A stretch of 64,000 nt of DNA from the NCBI GenBank assembly GCA_030248215.1, contig JASANG010003494.1, positions 310,001 to 374,000 on the forward strand. Direction: 5' to 3'. Shown here one piece after another: positions 63,553 through 64,000 of this stretch (position 1 is the stretch's first letter; every line of letters starts with the position of its first letter). Origin of the DNA: Enoplolaimus lenunculus. Taxonomy: Eukaryota. A model generated the notes under the pieces. The model had not been told where the DNA came from. It did no database searches and was given only the letters and a program-made list of their open reading frames with translations. The position numbers and the translations under genes were made by a program.

Positions 63553-64000
63553 ATACGATCACAGCGTAATATCAGAGCTAGAAATGGGTCACAATGTGCG
63601 ACCAATGACCCACTATGACCCCTGAGTAAATTTTTAAAGTTTAAATTGGCCAAATTTTTGAAAAGTCTAAAAAGACACTTTCCCCAACAATTTACACGCA
63701 TATTTGCTGAAACTAGCAAACGAGTTGTTAGGACAAAAATGTTCTGATAATTCTATTCGTTCGTACACTATAGAGCATACATAGATTAAAGGGACTCTGA
63801 GGACAGAAACAATACCCTTAAAAGCAGCATTCAAAATACTCAACGCTTTGTAAAAGTTGAAAACGCGTCTATTTTGCCAATTTTAAAAAAATTGGTAAGC
63901 TACGTTAACAAAACTTCTCGACATGTCCTTATAACTCAGCATCAGCATCATCATATTGAACGTTGCTGCACCGGCTTGGCCAAAACTGGGAAAGCACCTA

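Overview
AT-rich, intron-rich eukaryotic DNA, most likely a nematode. This is inferred from TTTTCAG/TTTTAG acceptors, GCCTAA/TTAGGC telomere-type motifs, and DKF-2-like and HRP-1-like peptides. Five protein-coding genes were reconstructed by hand from GT-AG splice sites with consistent phases: (1) protein kinase D, 23 coding exons, 4566-18195 +, about 993 aa; (2) N4BP2/NONU-1-like P-loop kinase/CUE/DUF1771/Smr endonuclease, 9 exons, 27743-39714 +, about 1692 aa; (3) an hnRNP A1-derived protein with four RRMs and a C-terminal SAM-like domain, 10 exons, 47464-42275 -, about 486 aa; (4) ceramide kinase, 13 exons, 48945-56332 +, about 768 aa; (5) a 3-kb uninterrupted ORF, 63552-60475 -, for a type II membrane protein joining a polysaccharide-pyruvyltransferase-like region to a GT32 alpha-1,4-glycosyltransferase. 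Introns and intergenic DNA hold many hAT-, piggyBac- and Harbinger-like MITEs, tRNA-derived elements, three minisatellites and a decayed Gin/Ginger-type integrase between long inverted repeats. The most notable observations are the PAM2 motif on the Smr nuclease, the 4xRRM-SAM architecture, the pyruvyltransferase-GT32 fusion and the Ser-to-Gly change at the first PKD activation-loop site. Domain calls come from motif recognition only; no searches were run.
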